Below are positions 8,921 to 18,706 of a stretch of DNA of 64,000 nucleotides, piece by piece; position 1 is the first letter of the stretch, and each line of letters begins with the position of its first letter. The notes under the pieces are model-generated. The model had not been told where the DNA came from and did no database searches. It saw only the letters and a list, made by a program, of their open reading frames with translations. The stretch is taken from NCBI GenBank assembly GCA_963698485.1, contig CAVORA010000029.1:403778-467777 (forward strand), given 5' to 3'. The DNA comes from an uncultured delta proteobacterium. GTDB taxonomy: Bacteria > Myxococcota_A > UBA9160 > UBA4427. The translations under genes were made by a program, and so were the position numbers.

Positions 8921-9639
8921 ACCTCGAGCGCTCGCATGCGATCCCGGACGAACTCCGCGATCGCGGTCCGATCGCCGGCGGAGAGGTCCTTCCATCGGAC
9001 ACCCATGCCGAGGGGAAGATTCGGTCGCTGAAGGTTGCCCGGCACATTGGCGAAGACGACGACCCCGTCGAGCTCGAAGGCGTTGCCCTCGATCTCGAAG
9101 AGCAGCAGCAGCCGCGCGCCGTCCATGCTCGCACGCGGCGTCTCGATGAAGCAGCCGCCCTCGGAGAGGCTCTCGATATGGCCAACCTTCTCGCGTGCGC
9201 CGACCACGATGCGGACCGGGAAGTGAACGGGCGCGCGACGCGATTCCCGCGCGGCGCTCTGGCTGTCGCCGGAGACGAGTCGGTTGACCTGGAAGCGCAG
9301 CAGCGCCTCGTCGTAGCCATCCCACAGAGCGAGCATCACGCCCGCTCGTCGGAGCTGGCTCGCCTGCGATTCATCGGGTGCCTTGCCGTAGGCCATCGCC
9401 GAGAGCATGGGCTCCCGCCGGCGCATGCTCTTCAGCGCTTTGTGAACGAGCTTGGGCGTGAGGTCCACCGGCAGCAGCAGGGCACCGAAGACATACTGCT
9501 TCGACTTGACGGTCTCGACCGCCTCTGCGAGATCGGCCACCCGGATCGGCTCGACACCGAGTCGGACGAGCTGCGTCGCGAGCATCTCGGTTCGCCTCGC
9601 GTCGGACTCGATCATCAAGATGAAATGGCTCGCCGGCAT
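8917..9639 (-). CDS. Receiver-like domain fused to a PilZ domain (putative c-di-GMP-binding protein)
   Basis: 240 aa. The N-terminal ~120 aa have a CheY-like pattern (FILMIESD..., LLLPVDL). The C-terminal part has PilZ-like RESRR...IESLSEGGCFIET and a beta-barrel-like remainder. Convergent with rdgB, with overlapping stop codons. Confidence 0.6.
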   Translation of the reverse strand: MPASHFILMIESDARRTEMLATQLVRLGVEPIRVADLAEAVETVKSKQYVFGALLLPVDLTPKLVHKALKSMRRREPMLSAMAYGKAPDESQASQLRRAGVMLALWDGYDEALLRFQVNRLVSGDSQSAARESRRAPVHFPVRIVVGAREKVGHIESLSEGGCFIETPRASMDGARLLLLFEIEGNAFELDGVVVFANVPGNLQRPNLPLGMGVRWKDLSAGDRTAIAEFVRDRMRALEV

Positions 9640-9684
9640 GTCCTGTGAATCGGGACGCCCGCGGCTGGGCTTGAGGCCGGCGAG

Positions 9685-9963
9685 CTAGGCTGCGAGTCGC
9701 TCTTCCGGCGTCGGATAGCGGGGGTCGAAGCGCAGGAGCCGCTTTTCGAGGCGTGCCCGAGCCCGACGATCGAGTCGGCAGCCCTCCTCGGAGAGCAACG
9801 CCGAGAGATGTTGCTCGACGAAGACCCGCACCTGGTCGCGAGACAGGTCGTCCGGATCCCCGCCTGATTCCCAGATCAGCAGCCAGAGGGCGTAGCTGGA
9901 GATGCGATGCTTCGCCGCGACGGAGATTTCTGTATACAGGTACTCGTAATATCGTCTCGACAT
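9685..9963 (-). CDS. Hypothetical small protein
   Basis: The minus-strand ORF has normal, unbiased amino-acid composition (YYEYLYTEISVAAKHRISSYALWLLIWESGGDPDDL...), unlike the R/P/A-rich shadow frames around it. AAGAGG lies about 10 nt upstream of the ATG at 9963. No family recognised. Confidence 0.4.
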   Translation of the reverse strand: MSRRYYEYLYTEISVAAKHRISSYALWLLIWESGGDPDDLSRDQVRVFVEQHLSALLSEEGCRLDRRARARLEKRLLRFDPRYPTPEERLAA

Positions 9964-10305
9964 GGGGCGCATCGCCTCTTACCGGGTCGTCCTCGAAGGG
10001 CTTCAATCCGCTCGCGCGGCACGATCGACTTCCGGGTCACGAGAGAGTGGAGGCGTCCGCGCGAAAATGTCATAGGGAAAGACCCATGATTGCCCCGGGC
10101 CGCCTCGGGGCCGGCCTTTGCCTGGGATCTGCCGGGCCCTGGGCGGGTGCATCGACGTCGGCTGGTCCAGCGGGTGCCTCGTGTCGGCTCCGGTCGCCCT
10201 CGCGAAGCGCGTTCCGGGGCGCCTGCGGACCTGCGATAGGATCGGCGCGGTCCGAGCCGCGAGCTCGCTTCGGCGCTTTCACTCGCAACGGAGGCGGCTT
10301 CCAGC

Positions 10306-10953
10306 GTGTCGGTGGATGATCAGGAGAGAGCGCGAGCGAGGCTTGAGGCGGAGGCGCAGCTGTCGGCCTGGATGCGCGCGGCCCAGCGTGGGGATGGGGA
10401 CGCCTATCGCTCGCTGCTCGTCACGATCGAGCCTCGGGTGCGAGCCATCGTGCGCAGCCAGATTCGCGAGCAGGCGGCGGCGGAGGATGTCGTGCAGAAC
10501 GCGCTGCTCTCGATTCATCGCGGCCGCCGCAGCTATCGGCCGGAGCGGCCCTTCGTCCCCTGGATGCGGGCGATCGTTCGCAACTCGATCGTCGATCATT
10601 TCAGGGACCGCAAGCGCCGCGGCCATCGAGAGGTCGAGCTCTTCGAGGAGCGCTGGGCGGACGATCGATCCGAGACCCCGGAGTCACGGACGGAGCTGGC
10701 CCCCGAGCTGGCCGCGGCGCTGGCCGCGCTGCCCGACGGACAGCGAGAGGCCGTCACGCTGATCCAGGTCGAGGGGCTTTCGGTGGCCGAGGCCGCGCTG
10801 CGCACGGGCGTCTCGGTCGGGGCGCTCAAGGTCCGCGCTCATCGCGGCTATCGCGCGCTGAGAAGGGCGCTGGAAGGCATGCGCGAGAACGGCGAATGGC
10901 GCTCTTCGCTCCCGAGACCCGCGCAGCCTTCCGGAACGGAGGAGCCCCGATGA
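10306..10953 (+). CDS. ECF-type RNA polymerase sigma factor
   Basis: 215 aa. Region 2 (DVVQNALLSIHRGRRSYRPERPFVPWMRAIVRNSIVDHFRDRKRR) and region 4 (LPDGQREAVTLIQVEGLSVAEAALRTGVSVGALKVRAHRGYRALR). GTG start. Confidence 0.88.
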   Translation: MSVDDQERARARLEAEAQLSAWMRAAQRGDGDAYRSLLVTIEPRVRAIVRSQIREQAAAEDVVQNALLSIHRGRRSYRPERPFVPWMRAIVRNSIVDHFRDRKRRGHREVELFEERWADDRSETPESRTELAPELAAALAALPDGQREAVTLIQVEGLSVAEAALRTGVSVGALKVRAHRGYRALRRALEGMRENGEWRSSLPRPAQPSGTEEPR

Positions 10954-11606
10954 CGGATCCGACCGATCGATTGATTTCGGGGCTGGTCGACGACCTCGCT
11001 CCGGTTCGCCCGCTGCCGCGGCTGCGCCAGGCCTTCTCGGTCGTGCTCTCGGTCTGGGCGGCGATGCTAGGCGTGGTGTTGCTGACGCTGAAGCACGAGC
11101 CGGGCGCCTCCGGGCTGCTCGCCAACCCGGTCTATTTCGCGAGCTTCGCCGGTCTGATGATCGCCGCGCTCGGAGGGACGCTGTCGGCGCTGGCGGCCGG
11201 TCGGCCGGGCCGTACGAAGCTCGAGGTCGCAGGGCTTCTGGTCTGTCTCGTCGGGCTGCTGGCGGCCGCCGTCGCGTGTCTGGTCGGAATCGGCAGCCTC
11301 GACTTCGCCCAGCACCCGTCGCCGCCGGGCCTCGACGCGATGTGCTTTCGAAAGGGGGCACTGCTCTCGCTGCTGCCGGGTGGCGTGGTCCTGAGCTTTC
11401 TGGTGCGCGGCTGGACCGCGCGCCCGATTCGTGCCGCCCTGGTGGCGGCGATTGCGGCCGGGGCGCTCGGTGCGTCCGTCGTGCATCTGAGCTGTGATTT
11501 CCTCGGTCCGCGTCATCTGCTTCTGGGCCATCTGAGCGTGCCGATCATGCTGGCGGCGCTCGCGCTCTATCCGCTGGGCGTCCTGCTGCGACGCCTGCGC
11601 GGCTAG
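10950..11606 (+). CDS. Membrane anti-sigma factor, NrsF/DUF1109-like
   Basis: The ATG at 10950 overlaps the sigma-factor stop (ATGA). The N-terminus MTDPTDRLISGLVDDLAPVRPLPRLRQAF is followed by about six hydrophobic segments, the layout of NrsF-type anti-sigma factors. Confidence 0.6.
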   Translation: MTDPTDRLISGLVDDLAPVRPLPRLRQAFSVVLSVWAAMLGVVLLTLKHEPGASGLLANPVYFASFAGLMIAALGGTLSALAAGRPGRTKLEVAGLLVCLVGLLAAAVACLVGIGSLDFAQHPSPPGLDAMCFRKGALLSLLPGGVVLSFLVRGWTARPIRAALVAAIAAGALGASVVHLSCDFLGPRHLLLGHLSVPIMLAALALYPLGVLLRRLRG

Positions 11607-11689
11607 CGGATGGAGTCGCTGCGCTCGCTGGCGAAGGGGCGGACCGCGTCGCGAACGTCTGGAAGCGGCGCGCGCTAGGGTTCGTCCGG

Positions 11690-12307
11690 ATGCCGACCCC
11701 GCGAACGCCGACTCGAACCCCGATGCTCTTGATCCGTCATGGCGAGACGCCATGGAACGCGGCAGGCCGCTGGCAGGGACATGCCGATCCGGGCCTGACC
11801 TCCCGGGGTCTTGCGCAGGCGCGCGCGCTGGCGGCGGCGCTCCGCGACGAAGCGGCCGGTGCCTGGCATCGCATCGTGGCGAGCGATCTCGCGCGCGCCC
11901 AGCAGACAGCGGAGCAGATCGCGCTCGCCCTCGGGCTTCCGGTCGACACCGATCCGCGACTGCGCGAGCTCGACGTCGGCGCCTGGTCGGGACTGACCCG
12001 GGAGCAGATCCGCGAACGGGATCCCGAGACGCTTCGGGTCTTCGAGAGCGGCGATCCGCTGGTGCGTCCGGGGGGTGGGGAGTCGCGGCAGGCGCTCCGC
12101 GAACGCGCCTTCGACTTCGCGCGGGAGCTCGCATCAGATCGGGCTGGCGAGGCCGTGATCGTGGTGACACATCGAGGTGTCGTTCGCGCACTCGCGCCCG
12201 GAGCGAATCCGAGCAACGCCGAGCGTCTGCTGGCCGTGGCCGAAGAGATCCTCGCGCGTCGACCCGAGGCCGAGGCCGGGCGCCCCGGAGACGACGCGAC
12301 GCTTTGA
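11690..12307 (+). CDS. Histidine phosphatase family protein (phosphoglycerate-mutase-like)
   Basis: LLIRHGETPWNAAGRWQGHADPGLTSRGLAQA contains the RHGE catalytic motif, and VVTHRGVVRAL lies near the C-terminus. The start could be the ATG at 11690 or at 11723. Confidence 0.85.
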   Translation: MPTPRTPTRTPMLLIRHGETPWNAAGRWQGHADPGLTSRGLAQARALAAALRDEAAGAWHRIVASDLARAQQTAEQIALALGLPVDTDPRLRELDVGAWSGLTREQIRERDPETLRVFESGDPLVRPGGGESRQALRERAFDFARELASDRAGEAVIVVTHRGVVRALAPGANPSNAERLLAVAEEILARRPEAEAGRPGDDATL

Positions 12308-12334
12308 TCCGCTCGAATCGCGTCTGGCGAGCGG

Positions 12335-14035
<1,701 letters not shown>

Positions 14036-14156
14036 TCCGTGTCGGCAGTCTCGACCGCCGGCGCCGGAACGTACCAGATGCGAGGGCCTGGTTGCCGACC
14101 GACTGCGTCGGCGGTGGCCGGCTCGACCGGGGCGGAGATCCTGGAAATCCGGGTGC

Positions 14157-14678
14157 TCAGGCCGCCGATTCGAGGGGCCCGTGGCCGCGCATGCGACGGG
14201 TGATCAGGATCAGCCCGACGATCGCGATCAGGCCGCCGGTCACGTCGATGACCACGTCGTAGGGGCTCCCCGAGCGGGCACTCGAGAAGGCCTGACGGGC
14301 CTCGTCGGCGGTGGCGAGGGTCGCGACGAGAAAGAGCGCGACCCATCCAGCGGTCGCCAGCTGATTGCGCGGGGCGGCGAGCAGCGCGGCGCGAAAGGTC
14401 AGGATGGCCAGGATCGCGTACTCGAAGAAATGCGCGGACTTGCGGATCGCCAGAAAGATCTTGAGGCGCGTGGCCGGATCGATGTCCCCGATCAGGAGCT
14501 CGAGCCAGGGCGAGATCGTTCGGCTGGTGGCTGCCAGCGAGAAGCCGTCTCCGCCGAGGGTCCAGATCACGGCGGCCCAGCAGGCCACCCAGGTCCAGGC
14601 CAGCACGATCCTGCGCCGGCGCCGGGAGGGCGGGCTCGCCTTCTCGGGCGCAGACTCGCTGGGTTCACTGGCCGCCAA
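14157..14678 (-). CDS. VanZ-like family membrane protein
   Basis: 173 aa with four hydrophobic segments and the VanZ-like core KIFLAIRKSAHFFEYAILAILTF ... ADEARQAF...DVVIDVTGGLIAIV. Confidence 0.6.
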   Translation of the reverse strand: MAASEPSESAPEKASPPSRRRRRIVLAWTWVACWAAVIWTLGGDGFSLAATSRTISPWLELLIGDIDPATRLKIFLAIRKSAHFFEYAILAILTFRAALLAAPRNQLATAGWVALFLVATLATADEARQAFSSARSGSPYDVVIDVTGGLIAIVGLILITRRMRGHGPLESAA

Positions 14679-14791
14679 GACTCGCCTTTCGATTGGGCGC
14701 GCCGCGGGCTGACGCGGCGCGCTCGAGCTGGGAGGGCTGAACCGAAGCGTAGCTCCGATCTCCTGTGTCCCGGGCCAGGTATCGTACGGCC

Positions 14792-15871
14792 ATGCGCTCT
14801 GTCCTTCAGATCGGTCTGATCTTCGAAACTTTTGAGACCTATCCGCCTCGCGCGGGCGATCCCGTGGATGCGCACGTCGAGTTCGAGCCCGAATCGACGA
14901 TCGAGGCGCTCGAAGCGGCGATCGAGAGCCTCGGTCACCGGCCGCGACGACTGGGTTCGCCGCGCGAGCTGCTGGCGGCGGTGGCGGGGCAGGGACTGGC
15001 TGGCGTCGACGTCGCGTTCAACCTGGCCGAGGGGTTTTCTGGGCGCAATCGCGAGGCCTGGGCCCCCGTCCTGCTCGAGATGGCCGGGATTCCGACGATC
15101 GGCTCGGATGCGCTGAGCCTCTCGCTGTCGCTCGACAAGGCCTGGGCCAATCGCTGGGTGCAGGCGGCGGGGGTTCCGGTGGCGGCCGCAGACGACCTGC
15201 GCGGGGGCCGACGAGGCGCGCACGATCGATCTGCCGGCGGCTTTTCCGCTCTTCGTGAAGCCGCGCTGGGAAGGCACCGCCAAGGGGATTCGGCCCAGCT
15301 CTCGCGTCGAGACGCGCGCGGCGCTGGTCGCGGGAGGTCGAGCGGATCGTGACCGACTACCGACAGCCCGCGCTCGTCGAGGCCTTCGTGTCGGGTCCCG
15401 AGTACACCGTCACCCTGATCGGCAACGCACCGCCGATCGCGCTGCCCGCGATCCAGCGAGCGCTCGAGCGCGAGACCGGGATCGGATTGCATGCGCTCGA
15501 AGGCCCGGGCGCCGCCGGCCAGGGCAGTCCGCTCGAGCACGACATCGACGGAGTTCTCGAGCCCGCCCTCGAAGCGCGCATGGCGGCGCATGCGATCAGG
15601 GCCTTCGAGGCGCTCGAGTGCCGCGACTTCGCGCGCGTCGATTTCCGACTCGATGCCCATGGGGAGCCGATCTTTCTCGAGATCAATCCGCTGCCGACCT
15701 TTGCGACCGACGGCACCTTCGCCATTCTCGCGGAGCTCGAGGGCTGCTCCCTCAGCGAGATGCTCGGCCGCTGCGTGAGCGGCCGGTCTGCGTCGGCTCG
15801 GTCTCGACCGCGCCGACTGGGGACGCGAGCGTCGCGACGAGACCCAGCGATGGGAGGAGGGATCGAAATGA
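14792..15871 (+). pseudogene. D-alanine--D-alanine-ligase-like ATP-grasp enzyme, frameshifted as assembled
   Basis: Ddl-like sequence in three frames. (1) VDVAFNLAEGFSGRNREAWAPVLLEMAGIPTIGSDALSLSLSLDKAW. (2) FPLFVKPRWEGTAKGI. (3) QPALVEAFVSGPEYTVTLIG...RDFARVDFRLDAHGEPIFLEINPLPTF. The last segment (...AAGLRRLGLDRADWGRERRDETQRWEEGSK*) ends at TGA 15869-15871, overlapping the next gene's ATG. Confidence 0.75.
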
Positions 15872-17030
15872 GCGCGGCTGCGCAGTCTGTCGCGCGGCGC
15901 CCGGAACGCAGGTCGCGCTGGCCGCTCGAAGCGAGCCGGCCGCCGAAGGGCGTGTCGGCGCAGGACTGGAGCGACTGGGGCTGGCAGATGCGCCATCGCA
16001 TCCGGGACGCCCGGGGCCTGCGCGAATGGATCGACGCGACGCCCGAGGAAGAGTCGGCGATCGAGAGCGCTGGCTTCGCGCTTCCGTTTCGTGATCACGC
16101 CGTATTACGCGTCGCTGATGGATCCGACCGATCCCGGACTGTCCGGTCCGACGTCAGGTCGTGCCGCGACCGGCGGAGCTCGACGGACGAGGCGGGGCTC
16201 GCCGATCCGCTCGACGAGGTCGCCCACTCGCCCGTCAAGAACGTGATCCGGGTCTATCCCGATCGCATCGCCTTCTGCGTGAACAACGAGTGCGCGCTCT
16301 ACTGCCGCTACTGCCTGCGCAAGCGCATGGTCGGGCGACTCGGACTGGACGATGCAGAAGCGCGAGCTCGAGACGGCGCTCGACTGGATCGCGCGCGACG
16401 CCCGGAGATCCGCGACGTGCTGCTGACGGGCGGTGATCCGCTCGTCTTCTCGGATGCGCGCCTCGAGTGGCTGCTCGGGCGCCTGCGCGCGATCCCGCAC
16501 GTCGAGCTGATCCGACTCGGCACGCGCCTGCCCGTCACGCTGCCCTTCCGGGTGACCGAGCGAGCTCTGCCAGATGCTCGAGCGCTTTCATCCGATCTGG
16601 GTCAACACGCATTTCAATCATCCCCGGGAGCTCACCGCCGACGCGGCGGCCGCCTGCGATCGGCTGCTGCGCGCCGGGATTCCGGTCGGCAACCAGAGCG
16701 TGCTGCTGCGCGGGCGTGAACGACTCGCTGCCGGTCATGAAGGCGCTCTGCGAGACGCTCGTGCGCATGCGCGTGCGTCCCTATTACGTCTATCAGGCGC
16801 AGCTGCTCGAGGGCACCGAGCATTTCCGCGTGCCGATCGAAGCAGGGCATCGAGATCTTCCGGCGGCATGCGCGGCCGGACCAGCGGCTTCGCGATTCCC
16901 GCAGTACGTGCTCGACACGCCGCACGGCAAGGTGCCGCTCGACCATCCCTTCGCGAAGGGCCGCGACGGCGACGACTTCGTGGTCGAGGCCTGGGACGGC
17001 GCGATCTGGCGCGAGCCGAATCCGCTCTGA
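15868..17030 (+). pseudogene. KamA-family radical SAM aminomutase (lysine 2,3-aminomutase-like), frameshifted as assembled
   Basis: The ATG at 15868 is preceded by GGGAGGAGGG. KamA hallmarks are spread over all three frames: WQMRHRIRDARGLREWIDATPEEE, FRFVITPYYASLMDPTDP/DCPVRRQVVP, the radical SAM cluster CALYCRYCLRKR, IRDVLLTGGDPL, HPIWVNTHFNHPRELT, GIPVGNQSVLLRG/VNDS, VRPYYVYQ and IPQYVLDTPHGKVP. At least five frame changes. Confidence 0.85.
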
Positions 17031-17087
17031 GGGCATCGGTCTCGACCGTGTGCGGTCGCGCTCGATCGAGCGCGTCGGGCTCGTCGC

Positions 17088-18706
17088 ATGAGTGACGCGA
17101 GCGCAGCGTCGCGGGCGCGGCCGGGCTGCTGGCGGCGAGCGTGCTGGTCGCTCGCCTGCTCGGCTTCGTCCGCGACGCGCTGTTCGCGAATCAGGTCGGG
17201 ATCGGGGCGGCCGCGGACGCCTACTTCGCGGCGTTCCTGATTCCCGACATCCTCGGCTATCTGCTGGCGGCCGGGGCCGCGGCCGTCGCGGTCACGCCGC
17301 CCTATCTGAAGCGTCTCGAGAACGAAGGGCGAGGCCGGCGGCCGCGCGCTTCGCGTCGGTCGTCGTCGGCAACGTCGGGCTGCTGGCCATCGGCGCTCAC
17401 CGTGCTGCTGTGGTTTGCGGCCGAGCCGCTGCTGCGGCTGCAGTTTCCGCGGCTTCGACGAGGCGACGCTGGCCGAGACCGCTGCGGCTGATGCGCATCG
17501 TGCTGCCCGCGCAGATCTTCTTCCTGACCGGCGGCGTGTTGCGCGGCGTGCTGATGGCGCACGGCCGCTTCGGCCCGCAGGCGGTCGCCTCGCGTCGTCT
17601 ACAGCGCGGCGCCGATCGTGGGCGGCTGTCTGCTGGCGCCGGCGCCGACGGCGCGAGGGCTTCGCCTGGGGCACGCTGGCCGGCGCGGCGATCGGGCAGT
17701 GGGCGATCCCGGTGCTCGGCGCTGCGCCGGCTGCCCGGTGCCGTCGGGCGCATCCGGCTCGGCGCTCTTCGATCGCGATTTCCGCGAGTACGTCTGGCTG
17801 GCGCTGCCGCTGATGCTCGGCGCTCGGACTGACGACCGTCGACGAGTGGTACGAGAAATGGGTCGGCGGCCAGCTCGCGCCCGGCGCGATCGCGGCGCAT
17901 CACCTACGCGCGCAAGCTGATGATGGCGCCGGTCGGGGTCGTGGGGCAGGCGGTCGGCGCGGCGCTGCTGCCGACGCTCACGGCGCTCTTCGCAGCGCGA
18001 CGGACGGCCGCCGGGTTCGACGCGCTGCTCGGCCTCGACGCTGCGGACGACCCTCGGCCTCGGGCTGCTGGCCGCGGGCGCGCTCGCGCGCTGGCCGGGC
18101 CGGTCGTCGGCGTCGTCTACCAGCGCGGCCGCTTCGCGTGGCGACGATACGCGACGTCGGTGTCGGCGCTGCTCGTCGTGCTCGCCTTCGCCGTGCCGGG
18201 CTGGGTCGTGCAGCAGGTCGCCGTCCGCGGCTTCTACGCGCGCGGGGAGATGTGGCGGGCGATGGCGCTCGAGCACCGCCGTCGCGCTGGCGGTCTTTCC
18301 GCTCTACATCGCTCGGGTCGGCCAGCGGGCTCCGGGGTGCTCGGCCTCGCGCTGGCCTCCGCGACGGCCATCACGCTGAACGCGCTGGTCACGGTGCTCT
18401 GGCTGCGGTCGCGGGCCGGTGCGCCGGATCCCGCTCGCGCTCGCGCGACGCTCTGGCCCGCGGGCGCTCGCGGTCGCGGCGATCGCTGGGCAGCGCCGCG
18501 ACGCGTGCTGCTCGCGCTTTCGGTCGGCGGCTCGCTCGGCGCTTTGCTCGGGCTGCCGCTCGGCGGCGCGGTCGTTCGGTGCGGTCGCGGTGCATCGGCG
18601 ACGCGCTGCGTCGGCGACGCGCCGCTGCGCGCGGACTCGCGCGGCATCGTGCGCGGCTGCGTCCGGCGGCGAGCCGCGGCGGGGTCGAACGCGGATCGCG
18701 GCGTGA
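17088..18706 (+). pseudogene. murJ: MurJ/MviN-family lipid II flippase, heavily frameshifted as assembled
   Basis: MurJ-type N-terminus VLVARLLGFVRDALFANQVGIGAAADAYFAAFLIPDILGYLLA. Later pieces (LMRIVLPAQIFFLTGGVLRGVLMAHGRFGPQAVA, ITYARKLMMAPVGVVGQAVGAALLPTL) alternate among all three frames. The apparent stop, TGA 18704-18706, overlaps the next gene's GTG. Confidence 0.75.

Noticed and set aside
15349-16719. 456-aa ORF apparently fusing an ATP-grasp C-terminus to a KamA N-terminus. Likewise 54763-56970 appears to fuse leuB to the Asd-like gene.
   Set aside because: These are artefacts of frameshifts and the scarcity of stop codons at high GC. The proper ATP-grasp stop (15869-15871) and the KamA start (15868, with an RBS) are visible in other frames. 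The Asd-like gene has its own ATG at 55900.
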